64,000 nucleotides of DNA, taken from Octopus sinensis (taxonomy: Eukaryota). Location of the stretch: contig NC_043013.1 in the NCBI RefSeq assembly GCF_006345805.1, positions 38,068,001 to 38,132,000 of the forward strand. The letters run 5' to 3'. Made by a program: the position numbers and the translations under genes. The notes under the pieces were generated by a model. The model saw nothing but the letters and a program-made list of their open reading frames with translations. It did no database searches and was not told the origin of the DNA. How positions within the stretch are numbered: the stretch's first letter is position 1; each line of letters starts with the position of its first letter. Positions 1 to 11,554 of this stretch are shown here, piece after piece.

Positions 1-297
1 CAGTTGTGGGTGTTTAATGAGCGAAAACACCTAAAGCTCCACGAGACTCCGGCAGGGGATGGTGCCGAATCCTGCTATACTCCTTCGTTACAACTTTCTC
101 TCACCGTTCTTTCCTGATTCTGTTGTGCCAGCCTTGTCACACACTGTGTCACGCTGAATCATGAATCATCTTGAGAACTACGTTAAGGGTACACATGTCT
201 GTGGAGTACTCAGCCACTTGCACGTTAATTTCACGAGCAGGCTGTTTCGTGGATTAGATCAACTGGAACCCTCGTCGTTGTAACCGACGGAGTGCCA
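1..297 (+). mobile_element. SINE family B copy, 5'-truncated by the window edge
   Basis: Matches the body and tail of the copy at 35637-36016 (GAGCGAAAACACCTAAAGCTCCACGAG ... GGAACCCTCGTCGTTGTAACCGACGGAGTGCC). Confidence 0.85.
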
Positions 298-376
298 CGA
301 TGATATTTGTATGTATGTTCATCTATGTGTATGTGTGTGCGCGCGCGCTTCATCTTACGTCATCTATATGCATGTA

Positions 377-845
377 TTCTCGAAAGAGTCCAGAAGCTGG
401 CTACCTGCATGGTTCTTGGTCTCAAGAATTTGTCTTATGAAGACCGGTTGAAGACGCTCGAACTTTATTCTCAAGAAAAACGACGACGCCGTAGTGATCT
501 CCTTCTTGCTCACAACATCATAAGCGGAAAGTTTAACCTCTCGAAAGAGCTGTTCTTCACTCCTGCTCCAGAGCGTCGGCTGCAGGGTCACTCCGAAAAG
601 CTCTATCTGCGTCGATTTCATCTCAATCGAAGGAGAGGGGCTTTCTCCGTCCGGGTTGCGGATCCGTGGAATAAGCTGCCGGACGAGATGGTGAAGATGT
701 CGACGACCGCTCGGTTCAAAGTCTCCCTTGACCACAAGTGGCCTGAACTCTTTACATGAACACCACCCTGTACATAACTCCATGTCCCCCTACATGGCCT
801 TGTCTTTGCTTTTTGAGCCCAAAATTAACTAACTAACTAACTAAC
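377..845 (+). mobile_element. CR1-clade LINE 3' end (post-RT C-terminus, 3' UTR, (TAAC)n tail)
   Basis: LERVQKLAT..LKNLSYEDRLKTLELYSQEKRRRRSDL...FSVRVADPWNKLPDEMV..FKVSLD are typical CR1 ORF2 C-terminal motifs; stop at 759; ends in AACTAACTAACTAAC. Confidence 0.88.
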
Positions 846-936
846 ATACGATGTATATGTAATTCATACAGAAATATTTGCTTTAACAAATATACACATA
901 GTTATAAATACATACATACATAAAGATATGTGCCTA

Positions 937-1128
937 GGCGCAGGAGTGCCTGTGTAGTAAGTTGCTTGCTTACCAACCACATGACTCCGGGTTCAGTCCC
1001 ATTGCGTGGCACCTTGGGCAAGTGTCTTCTATTATAGCCTCGGGCCGACCAAAGCATTGCGATGGATTTGGTAGATGGAAACTGAAAGAATCCCATCGTA
1101 TATATGCATATATATTATATATATATAT

Positions 1129-1188
<60 letters not shown>

Positions 1189-1395
1189 TGTACGTATGTG
1201 TGTGCGTTTATGTGCTGACAACCGATGGTGTGTGTGTTTACGTCCCCGTAACTTAGCGGTTCGGCACAAAAAGACCGATAGAATAAGTACTAGTCTTACA
1301 AAGAATAAATCATAGGGTCGATTTGCTCGATTAAAGGCGGTGCTCCAGTATGGCCACAATCAAATGACTGAAACAAATAAAAGAGTACAGAGTAT
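937..1395 (+). mobile_element. SINE family A, full length (tRNA-like head, CORE-like segment, internal (AT)n, hairpin tail)
   Basis: Head GGCGCAGGAGTG..GGTTCAGTCCC (A/B-box-like); CACCTTGGGCAAGTG resembles the CORE domain; tail GGCGGTGCTCCAG..CAAATGACTGAAAC; many other copies in the window. Confidence 0.85.
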
Positions 1396-1399
1396 ATTT

Positions 1400-2056
1400 C
1401 TTTATTGCCCACAGGGGGTCAAACACAGAGGGAACAAACAAGGACAGATAAAGGGATTAAAACGATTACATCGAACCCAGTGCGTAACTGGCACTTGATT
1501 TATCGACCCCGAAAGGATGAAAAGCAAAATCGACCTCGGCGGAATTTGAACTCAGAACGTAGCAGCAGACGAAATACCTATTTCTTTATTACTCACAGGA
1601 GGCTAAACATAGAAGGGACAAACAAGGACAGACATAGGTATTAAGTCGATTACATCGAACCCAGTGCGTAAGTGGTACTTAATTTAGGCGGTGAGCTGGC
1701 AGAAATGTTAGCACGCCGTGCAAAATGCGTAGCCGTATTTCGTCTGCCGCTACGTTCTGAGTTCAAATTCCGCTGAGGTCGACTTTGCCTTTCATCCTTT
1801 CGGGGTCGATTAAGTAAGTACCAGTTACGTACTGGGGTCGATATAATCGACTTAATCCGTTTGTCTGGCCTTGTTTGTCCCCTCTATGTTTAGCCCCTTG
1901 TGGGTAGTAAAGAAATAGGTACTTAATTTATCGACCCCGAAAGGATGAAAGACAAAGTCGACCTCGGCGGAATTCGAACTCAGAACGTAGCGACAGGCAA
2001 AATACCGCTAAGCGTTTCGTGCGGCGTGCTAACGTTTCTGCCAGCTCGCCGCCCTA
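1400..2056. mobile_element. Cluster of SINE family C copies in mixed orientation (- 1400-1680, + 1687-1920, - 1917-2056)
   Basis: Repeated GGCGGCGAGCTGGCAGAAACGTTAGCACGCC..GTTCAAATTCCGCCGAGGTCGACTTTGCCTTTCATCCTTTCGGGGTCGAT..TTTGTCCCCTCT..AAAGAAATA. Confidence 0.85.
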
Positions 2057-2311
2057 ACATATATATATACAGTCAAATTGAAAATTAGAAATAATGAATA
2101 ACAAGACCCCAAAAGGACGTACATATGGAGTGAATATAATTGTTTGACGTTCAGTAAAGGTGGGAAAAAGAATGGGCTTTCTTTTTACCTTACGAGCATA
2201 ATTCTTCGCCAGAAAGAGGAGAAAGGAAAGAACCAGAGAAGGAAAAAATCTCCAGGAAACTTATGCATGTAGTGACATATATATATATATGTATATATAT
2301 ATATATGTGTT

Positions 2312-2355
<44 letters not shown>

Positions 2356-2551
2356 ATATATATATATGTACATATAGGGAGTGAGGGAGAGACAGACCGA
2401 GAGAGACGAGAGAGAGAGACGGAGGAGAGAGAGAGATTCATAAATGCGTAAATATGTGTAAATATTAGCGAAAAGAAGGAAAGATTTCGTTTATGAAGTG
2501 CTCGTGCTTTTTAGTATGACTGTATGCTTATGAATATTTACATGTGAATTT

Positions 2552-2554
2552 ATG

Positions 2555-2600
<46 letters not shown>

Positions 2601-2608
2601 TAATAATG

Positions 2609-2656
<48 letters not shown>

Positions 2657-2700
2657 TTAATAATAATAATAATAATAATAAAAATAATAATAATAATAAC
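2552..2700. repeat. (AAT)n microsatellite
   Basis: Seen directly; gives the poly-Ile ORFs in the track. Confidence 0.95.
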
Positions 2701-3178
2701 AATGGAAGTGAATTTTATAATCCGGACGTTTGTATTCAGAAGTAGTATAAAAGAAACATTCAGAAAACTTGAACAAATGCACAGAAGCATGCATGCGTGT
2801 GTGCGTTTGTTCACCAAATTGTGTGTGTGAGTGTGTGTGTGTATGTGTGTGTGTGTGTGTGTGTGAGTGTTCATGTGTGTGTGTGTTTTCGTGTTCATGT
2901 GTGTGTGTGTGCGTGTGTCTGTGTGTGTTTGCGTGTGCGTGTGTGCGAGCACCTCTTCTTGTTGTAAAGACAAATAACACCAATATCTTTGCTGCAACGT
3001 CAAGATTGGTATGTATGTCTGTAGGTGAATATGCATTTGTGTATGTATGTATCTATCTATCTCTATATATATGTACATATATACACAATATAAGTGCATA
3101 TATATCTATCTATATATATAGGAATATAGCAGGAGTATATATATTTGTGTATGTATATATGTGTGTTGTGTGTGTGTG

Positions 3179-3242
<64 letters not shown>

Positions 3243-3244
3243 GA

Positions 3245-3430
3245 TGTTCAATCTTGTACCTGTTTCAGTCATTAGGCTGCGAACATGTTGGAGCACCGCC
3301 TTGAATTTTTAGTCGAGTGAATCGACCCTCAGTACTTATTTTTTAAGCCTGCTACTTATTCTAGCGGTCTCTTTGGTCGATCCACTAAGTTACGGGATGT
3401 AAACACACCAACCCCAGTTTCAAGTGATGA
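3245..3430 (-). mobile_element. SINE family A, tail half
   Basis: Reverse complement of the family A tail (TTTCAGTCATT..GGAGCACCGCC..AAGTTACGGG). Confidence 0.75.
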
Positions 3431-3883
3431 TGGGCGGACTTGTTTTGAGTTGAACTTTTCAGTAAATTTCTCGCATCTAATTTGAAGGAATTTTTAACTC
3501 TCGTAATAATTTTTGGATGAAAGTTCCTAATAATAATATACTAATCTGTTCTTTCATTCATTCGACGGAGACCTTGTTAGGTTCCAAACTTAAAAATACT
3601 TTTAGTTGACCAACCATGATTATTATATTAAGTCCCTTAATATTATTATATTAAGTCTGTTTGTTTCAACTAAGCAGCTACATTACTAGCCTAAACAGGT
3701 AGGTTACTCAGAAATAAACAGAACTACCCAGGTTGACGAGTGGTGTTAGACGAACTCAAATACTTCCATATATACACGGTTTCACATTCACACATACACG
3801 GACGCACAAACACAGACACATACACACACACACATACACAATCGCCCGCGCGCATATATGTATATATCTATATCATCAAAGTG

Positions 3884-4128
3884 GAAGCGCGTGGCTTGAT
3901 GGTTAGGGTGTTGAACTCATGATCGTAAGGTTGTGCTTTCGATTCCTGGACCGAGCGATGCCTTGTGCTCTTAAGGAAAGCACTTCATTTCACGTTGCTC
4001 CAGTCCACTCAGCTGGCAAAAATGAGTAACGCTGCGACGGACCGACGTCCCGTCCAGATGGGGAATTTCTACGCCACTGAAACCGGGAAACCGGTCCTTA
4101 TGAACCTGGCATGACTCGAGAAGGAACA
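3884..4128 (+). mobile_element. SINE, family B-like tRNA head (variant subfamily)
   Basis: GGAAGCGCGTGGCTTGATGGTTAGGGTGTTGAACTCATGATCGTAAGGTTGTGCTTTCGATTCC: A/B-box-like head; related copy at 22670. Confidence 0.7.
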
Positions 4129-4141
4129 TTTTTTTGCTTTT

Positions 4142-4501
4142 ATATCATCCAAATAAGATGACACGAAGATTTTATCACTTCTTTAATGACCAGTTAAAAT
4201 TGTTTCTTTACCAAGTCAGTTTTTAATGCCAAAGATCCATAAGAAAAGTTACATAGAGTTTGCTGTCTTAAACATTAAGCGGAACTTTGTCAGATTTGCA
4301 TCAAAGGTGCACTCGTATATTGCGCCACTGTAAAACGGAACCTTTCCTGTAAGTCTGACGAAGTGCTCTTTAATGTTCAAAACTGCACATATGTAACTTT
4401 TCATGCGGATTTTTGGCGTAACAAACAAATTTGGTACAGAAACAATTGTAACTGGTAATTAAAGATGTGATAAACTCTGTATTTTCTTATCTGGATTATT
4501 A
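4142..4501. mobile_element. Fold-back / MITE-like element with long imperfect inverted arms
   Basis: 4142-4255 is an imperfect reverse complement of about 4390-4501 (e.g. CCAAATAAG / CTTATCTGG; AAGTTACATA / TATGTAACTT). Confidence 0.65.
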
Positions 4502-4756
4502 TTCTACTTTTTGCAAAAAGCCTGCAATGGTTTTACTGATATGACACCTGGGTTTTCTTACGCCTGAAAGATTTCCATTTTTCTTAAAACTACAATTCAA
4601 GAGTGTAGATAACTGCAGGATTGAGTTGAGTGGAAATCCTCTATTTTTCTACCATTCACAGACTTTAATGCACACACATATATGCATACATTCATTACAT
4701 GTACATATAAATACACACATATACACACACATATATCGACATATATATATGTGTGT

Positions 4757-5052
4757 GTATACATATATAAAAAAAGCGTCGCCCTTTTCCAGCCTATCCA
4801 GGCTCATGGGCCCGGTTTCCCGTATGTGCTCCCCGCCATTCCATCGCAGCGTTACTCAAGAAACACGAAGAGAGAATGAGAGAAAGTTGTGGCGAAAGAG
4901 TACACAGGGGTCGCCACCACTCCCTGCCGGAGTCTCGTGGAGCTTTTAGGTGTTTTCGTTCAATATACATACACAACGACCAGTTTGTGAATCGAAACCG
5001 CGATCCTCCGACCGCGAGTTCGCTGCTCTAATCACTGGGCCACTGCACCTCC
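4757..5052 (-). mobile_element. SINE family B-like copy
   Basis: Reverse complement of the head (GTGGCCCAGTGATTAGAGCAGCGAACTCGCGGTCGGAGGATCGCGGTTTCGATTC) and body (CTCCACGAGACTCCGGCAGGG). Confidence 0.8.
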
Positions 5053-5159
5053 ACGTGTATACATACACATACACACGTATACACGCGTCGCACATACTCA
5101 AATATGTGTGTGGATGTAAGTATATGCGTATATGCGTATGGATGAATGTTAATATTCAG

Positions 5160-5430
5160 TTTTATTTCAAGATTTCTTGCCAATAAAGTTCCGGTTTCTA
5201 ACTTAGATCCAAGACTCCTTCATTGGAATCTCATCAACATCAACAGGGTATGTATGTATGTAAGTATGTATGTATGTATGTATGTATGCATGTGCAGATT
5301 TACATGGTTTATGTATGTCTTCTCATGTTTATAATTGCATATCTAGGCATGCTCATATACACTTAAATGATAAACCTCTGAAAAGTTTTACAAATGTTTT
5401 CAGTTCCAGTAATGGATGGGAGCTGTAGTC
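5160..5430 (-). mobile_element. REL-type LINE 3' end (same family as 51840-52550), cut by the gap
   Basis: LQLPSITGTENICKTFQRFII* matches LQTQFITRTVKICKTFQKRII* at about 52.1 kb, with the same 3' UTR. Confidence 0.75.
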
Positions 5431-5530
5431 NNNNNNNNNNNNNNNNNNNNNNNNNNNNNNNNNNNNNNNNNNNNNNNNNNNNNNNNNNNNNNNNNNNNNN
5501 NNNNNNNNNNNNNNNNNNNNNNNNNNNNNN
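5431..5530. other. Assembly gap (100 N)
   Basis: Seen directly. Confidence 1.
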
Positions 5531-5544
5531 CACACACACACACT

Positions 5545-6125
5545 CACGGAGGCGTGGCTGTGTGGTAAGAAGCTTGCTTACCAACCACATGGTTCCGGGT
5601 TCAGTCCCACTGCATTGCACCTTGGGCAAGTGTCTTCTACTATAGGCGCGATCCGACCAAAGCCTTGTGAGGGGATTTGGTAGACGGAAACTGAAAGAAT
5701 CCCGTTGTGTATATATATATATATCATAGGCGCAGGAGTGGCTGTGTGGTAAGTAGCTTGCTTGCCAACCACATGGTTCCGGGTTCAGTCCCACAGTGTG
5801 GCACCTTGGGCAAGTGTCTTTTACTATAGCCTCGAGCCGACCAAAGCATTGAATGGATTTGGTAGACGGAAACTGAAAGAAGCCCCTCGTATATATGTAT
5901 GTATGTGTCTGGGCTGGTGTGTGTGTGTTTGTGTCTCTGTGTTTGGCCCCCTCACTGTCGCTTGACAACCGATGTTAGTGTCTTCACGTCCCCGTAACTT
6001 AGCGGTTCGGCAAAAGGGACTGATAGAATAAGTACTAGGCTTCCTGGGGTCGGTTTGTTCGACTAAAGGCGGTGCTCTAGCATGGCCGCAGTCAAATGAC
6101 TGCAACAAGTATAAAAGAATAAAAG
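5545..6125 (+). mobile_element. SINE family A head (5545-5715) followed by a full-length copy (5729-6125)
   Basis: Two consecutive GTGGCTGTGTGGTAAG..CACCTTGGGCAAGTGTCTT heads; tail GGCGGTGCTCTAGCATGGCCGCAGTCAAATGACTG. Confidence 0.85.
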
Positions 6126-6604
6126 GATACACACATATCATATCTGGCCATAGATGCGTTTGAGTGTGTGAGAGAGAGAAGAAGAGAAAGATGGCGGTAA
6201 GAGAGAGCGACAGACAAAGAAACAGAAAGAGAAAATGAACTTTAAGGTCATGGAACATAGATATACTGTAAAGAAAGTGGCGGAATGAAGAGAAGGAGAG
6301 AAGGAGATCAGAAATCGTACGAATGTGACAGTGTGAGGGGAAAGAGTGCGTTATGAAATGAGTGTATCTAAGAGATAGAGAGTAGGAGGGGGGAAAGACA
6401 CGGGAGGGAGAGAAATGTTTAGATGCTTCGGAGGGACAGATGTAAGAAGAGGCAATTAGATGTAGTTGGGAGACAGACAGACAGGCAGGCAGACAGGCAA
6501 ACTGACAGAAAACTGCAGTGGGTTTAGTGTTGTAACAAATTGTAAGATCCATGTTGAGTGCAGACCGCAAGACAATGTGTAAGACGCAGAGAGAGATGGG
6601 GAAG

Positions 6605-6655
<51 letters not shown>

Positions 6656-6906
6656 TGAAAGCAACTGGAAAAAACAGCCCGGTTAGTTATTTAGATCGCT
6701 AGATAAGTAGAGGGAGGGAGGGGGGAAAAAAGAGGGTGGGGAGGGAGAGAGAGAAAGGAGGTTTTCAATATTAAAAATATACATCATTCAGAGAATAAGT
6801 TTTTTGAAAGAGATAGAAAGGAAGGAATCTTGGCCATAGAGAAAGTGAAACATATAGTTTCACAGATAGGAGAGAGAGGAGGAGGAGATATATAATAATA
6901 ATAATG

Positions 6907-6962
<56 letters not shown>

Positions 6963-8074
6963 TTTCTTCCAGTTGCTAGAATGATAGTTTCCACTCGTTC
7001 TGAGGAATGTAGTTTAGTGATCGACTCCTCCAAGGCAGAAACTCCCAACACTTTCAGTAACATCTTTGAACAGCTGAACAAAGATGACGTCCCTTGTCAC
7101 TTGAAGCTTTTCGAAATCTTTTGATACATAGATCTCTGTTTTCACCGATGATTATGATGTGAAGACCCCACCGCTCGATAATCGATGCTGGTTTGTTTAC
7201 GTCCGTTGTAAAGTTTGACAAAAGAGCCAATGCAATAAGTACCAAACTTATAAATCAAAACTAAACCTGGGGGCGATTTGTTCGACAAAACCACTTCAAA
7301 GGTGGTGCACCATCATAGCTGCTTTCCAATGAGTGAAACCAGTAATATGTAAATGACGTCATTGGAAGGTGAATTCGTTTCTTTATATAAGGAAATCTAA
7401 GCTCCATAAATCGACTTACAGCGCTCCACGCGTGATTATCCTACCACCTATTCAGATACACAGTTTTAGGACACATCATCCAGTATGTGAATTCTTTTGT
7501 CAGATGACATTGTGCAATTTCAGGGAGATTTAGTTGATATTTGTCCAAGGGTCCAGGAGCAAGAAGTGCAGGTGTTGCAAGCGCACCTCCTGAGATTCTT
7601 AGATGGGGAGGGGATGCGAAATCAAAATTTGCACCCCTAGTTTGTTTTCTGATATTCAGAAAACAGTGCGTAAAAAGTGATCTGTAAAAAGTAGCTTGAA
7701 GTTAGGATTCTTCTCAAAAACACAAAGAACAAAGAAGAAAATGAAATAAAAAGAAACCTTGTTTGTAAAAAATATTCCGACCTGGTTTGAACCCGCTGTG
7801 CATATTTCGATCCCGAGCCAGTGTATTTGTCACAGCCTGAGGACAGCGTAGTGTTTCCTTCATTGAGTCGTAAGGCGGTATATCATGACGTTGCGAAAGG
7901 TTGAGGAAAGTGTTAAAAAGTGGAATGAGAAGGAAGTAAAATCTGAAAAGGGAGGGCATTAACAGGAGTGTGTGCTGGAAGGAAATGGCAAGTGTAGAAC
8001 GGGAAGTGTGAAGTGGGAGGAAGAGATGCTACAAAGTATGTAATAGTGTGTGTAATAATTATTTCAATTTTTGT

Positions 8075-8545
8075 TGCCACAAGGACAGTTTGGAGGAAGA
8101 TGGGGATGAGTCGATTACATCGACCCTATTGTTGAACTGGTACTTATTTTATCGATCCGGAACTCAGAACGTAGCGACGGGCGAAATACTGCTAAGCATT
8201 GCGCGCTAACGATTCATATTTTTTTACTGCCCACAAGGGGCTACACACAGAGAGGACAAACAAGGACAGACAAACGGATTAAGTCGATTATAACGACCCC
8301 ATTGCGTAACTGGTACTTATTTAATCGACACCGAATGGCTGAAAGGTAAAGTCGACCTAGGCGGAATTTGAACTCAGAACGTAACGGCAGACGAAATGCT
8401 GCTAAGCATTTCGCCCGGATTACTAACGTTTCTTATTTCTTTATTGGCCAAAAGGGCTAAACATAGAAGGGACAAACAAGGACATACAAAGGGATTAAGT
8501 AGATTATATGGACCCCAGTGCGAAACTGGTACTTAATTTATCGAG
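8075..8545 (-). mobile_element. SINE family C multimer
   Basis: Several partial family C units head-to-tail on the minus strand. Confidence 0.8.
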
Positions 8546-8903
8546 AACGATAGAATAAGTCCTATCGTTCTCTTACGCCAAACCACTACATTATGGAGAA
8601 GTAAACATAGCAACACCAGTAATGGGGAGACAAACAAAGGCACAAAGACAAACACACACACATGCATACGTACATGCATACATACATACATATATATATA
8701 TGTATGTATATATATATATGTGTGTGTGTTTGTTTGTGTTATATATATATATATATATATATATATTAAGGCATTTATGCATAGTAACATCCTTAATATA
8801 AATAAGTATATTTAAGAGAGATAATTGGATTTTTCCCTTATGAGGTTTTTCACACCAACTACTTGATAAATTCTTATAAATATTTTATCCTATTTTTCAA
8901 TTG

Positions 8904-8981
<78 letters not shown>

Positions 8982-9254
8982 TTATGTATGTATGTATGTA
9001 CGTATGTATGTAAAATGTAAGCAGAGTTAGCTGTTGGAATAACTCGCTGAGGGATAATTGTACCCATTCTTACTATCATTTACCTATGGTGTCTCTGAGC
9101 ATTGTATACGTAATAATATTTTCGGAATTTCTTTCGTAACCACCGACTGACAATGGCAGCAGAAACGGCCGTAAGAAATATTATGAGAGGTTCTGTATTA
9201 AAAAATAATCAACCGATGTTTGTTTTTTGTTGGTGAAAAGTTTTTTCCATTTTT

Positions 9255-9990
9255 ACTCTTTACTCTTTACTTGTTTCAATCATTTGACTGCGGCCATGCT
9301 GGAGCACCACCTTTAGTCGAGCAAATCGACTCCGGGACTTATTCTTTGTAAGCCCAGTACTTATTCAATCGGTCTCTTTTGCCGAACCGCTAAGTGACGG
9401 GGACGTAAACACATCAGCATCGGTTGTCAAGCAATGCTAGGGGGACAAACACAGACACACAAACACACACACAGGCATATATATATATACATATATACGA
9501 CAGGCTTCTTTCAGTTTCCGTCTACCAAATCCACTCACAAGGCATTGGTCGGCCCGAGACTAATGCGTGTGTGTATGTGTGTGTGTATACACACACAGCT
9601 CCAAAGAGTCTGAGCAACTTTCACAAAGTAGATGTAGAAGTTTTTAAATCAAAGCTGGACTTCTTCCTGTCGAGAGTCCCAGATGAACCTACCTCACGGC
9701 AAGAGGTGCAAATGAGAGTAGATATATCAAACTCCATGCTTCACCAAGTGCCACATATTAGAGGAGGCTCTTAGTAATAACAGTGTAGCAAAAACGGCGG
9801 TGCATCAGCATGGTCGCAGCTCTGAGCTGAAATATATACGACGGGCTTCTTTCAGTTTCTGTCTACTGACGAGACATTAGTCGGCTCGAGGTTATAACAG
9901 AAGACACTTGCTCAAAGTGAAACGCAGTGGGACTGAGCGCAGAACCATGTGGTTGGAAAGCAAGCTTCTTACCACACAGTCACAACCGCG
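9255..9990 (-). mobile_element. SINE family A pieces (9255-9560, 9835-9990) flanking a LINE fragment
   Basis: Reverse-complement family A tail and head on either side of 9595-9832. Confidence 0.75.
9595..9832 (+). mobile_element. CR1/L2-like LINE extreme 3' end
   Basis: PKSLSNFHKVDVEVFKSKLDFFLSRVPDEP.. (FKxxLDxFL..VPD motif of CR1/L2-group C-termini), stop at 9774, short UTR ending in hairpins. Confidence 0.7.
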
Positions 9991-10079
9991 TATATATAGA
10001 GTTCAGAAAATATAGAGCATAAAGCATACAGTATATAAAACAAGCATATACACACGCACGCACATATAATCACACAGAC

Positions 10080-10160
<81 letters not shown>

Positions 10161-10397
10161 CATGTATATAAGGAAATATGCATATACATGTATGCATAGG
10201 AAAATGTATGTAGATGCATTTATATGTGTGTGTTGTGATGGGAATATGCATATAAATGTATGCATACAAAAATGTATGCAGATACTTTTTTATTGTGTGT
10301 GTGCGGGTGTGTATGTGTGTGTATGTGAGAGAGTGGTATGGTGTGTATGTGTGTGTATGTGAGAGAGTGTGTGATCTCTATATATATATATCTTTAT

Positions 10398-10439
<42 letters not shown>

Positions 10440-10587
10440 TGTATACATATATACACACATTATATAACGATTTAGGAGTGACCCCAACAGGTCACTCGTC
10501 CACCAGAAAGAGCAGCCATAACTCACACCGCCAAGTATTATTAATTCAGAAATTAGGTGAAAATTTAAAAACATTTACCCTAATTCT

Positions 10588-10686
10588 TCTTTTAGACTTG
10601 CACCGTTTCTGTGTCATTAATGATTAAATTAGCTTAATTAAATTAAATTAAGTCAATCTACCATAGGTTACACTTCATCAGTAAGA
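10588..10686 (-). ncRNA. Second hammerhead copy with small indels in stems I and III
   Basis: Same core CTGATGA/GAAAC/GTC; stem III reads GGTGCAA and stem I is two A shorter than in the 11.1-kb copy. Confidence 0.65.
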
Positions 10687-11052
10687 CCTGGGAGAGACAA
10701 ATAACACGAGGCGTCTGTATAGATGCCTACGGGATATCTGACTTAAAATTTTCAAGACTGACGTATTCGCGCCAAACTTATCAACAGAAATATAAACTGC
10801 CGATTCAATCTCAGAATTATTCAGAAAATTATCAATTAGTCAATTTAGGGTAGCAAAAAATTCAATAGAAATTTATCGCAACCAGCGGCCTGGTGAAAAA
10901 GAGAAAATAGTCATCGACTAAATATAAATATAACGATTTAGGAGTGACCCCAACAGGTCACTCGTCCACCAGAAAGAGCAGCCATAACTCACACCGCCAA
11001 GTATATTAATTCAGAAATTAGGTGAAAATTTAAAAACATTTACCCTAATTCT

Positions 11053-11154
11053 TCTTTTAGACGTTGCAACGTTTCTGTGTCATTAATGATTAAATTAGCT
11101 TAATTAAATTAAATTAAGTCAATCTACCATAGGTTACACTTCATCAGTAAAAGA
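11053..11154 (-). ncRNA. Type I hammerhead ribozyme motif
   Basis: Minus strand: TCTTTTA-CTGATGA-A GTGT(loop)ACAC A-GAAAC GTTGCAAC GTC-TAAAAGA; 7-bp stem I; palindromic stem III ACGTTGCAACGT; GUC cleavage triplet. Confidence 0.85.
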
Positions 11155-11554
11155 CCTGGGAGAGACAAATATACACGAGGGTCTGTATAGATGCCTAGGG
11201 ATATCTGACTTAAAATTTTCAAGACTGACGTATTCGCGCCACTTATCAACAGTAAATATAACTGCCGATTCAATCTCAGAATATTCAGAAAATTATCAAT
11301 TAGTCAATTTAGGGTAGCAAAAAATTCAATAGAAATTTATCGCGGCGGTGTGAGTTATGGCTGCTCTTTCTGGTGGACGAGGACCTGTTGGGGTCACTCC
11401 TAAATCGTTATATTTATATATTTAGTCGATGACTATTTTCTCTTTTTCACCAGCCGCTGGTTGCGATAAATTTCTATTGAATTTTTGCTACCTAAATGAC
11501 TAACACACACATATATATATATCTATTTGTATGTATGTTTTCTTCTACTTTTCT

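Larger units (their letters stand above)
10463..11502. repeat. 466-bp direct repeat (about 1.9 units) plus an inverted 160-bp arm; Penelope pseudo-LTR / retrozyme-like
   Basis: Unit starts TATAACGATTTAGGAGTGACCCC at 10463 and at 10929; 11344-11502 is the reverse complement of about 10837-10998; each unit carries a minus-strand hammerhead motif. Confidence 0.9.

Noticed and set aside
5353-5968. ORFs spanning the N run
   Set aside because: Artefacts of the gap joining a LINE end to SINE sequence.
6972-7165. Possible plus-strand exon after TTTTCTTCCAG (VARMIVSTRSEECSLVIDSSK..)
   Set aside because: No clear donor, no recognisable protein, runs into a SINE remnant.
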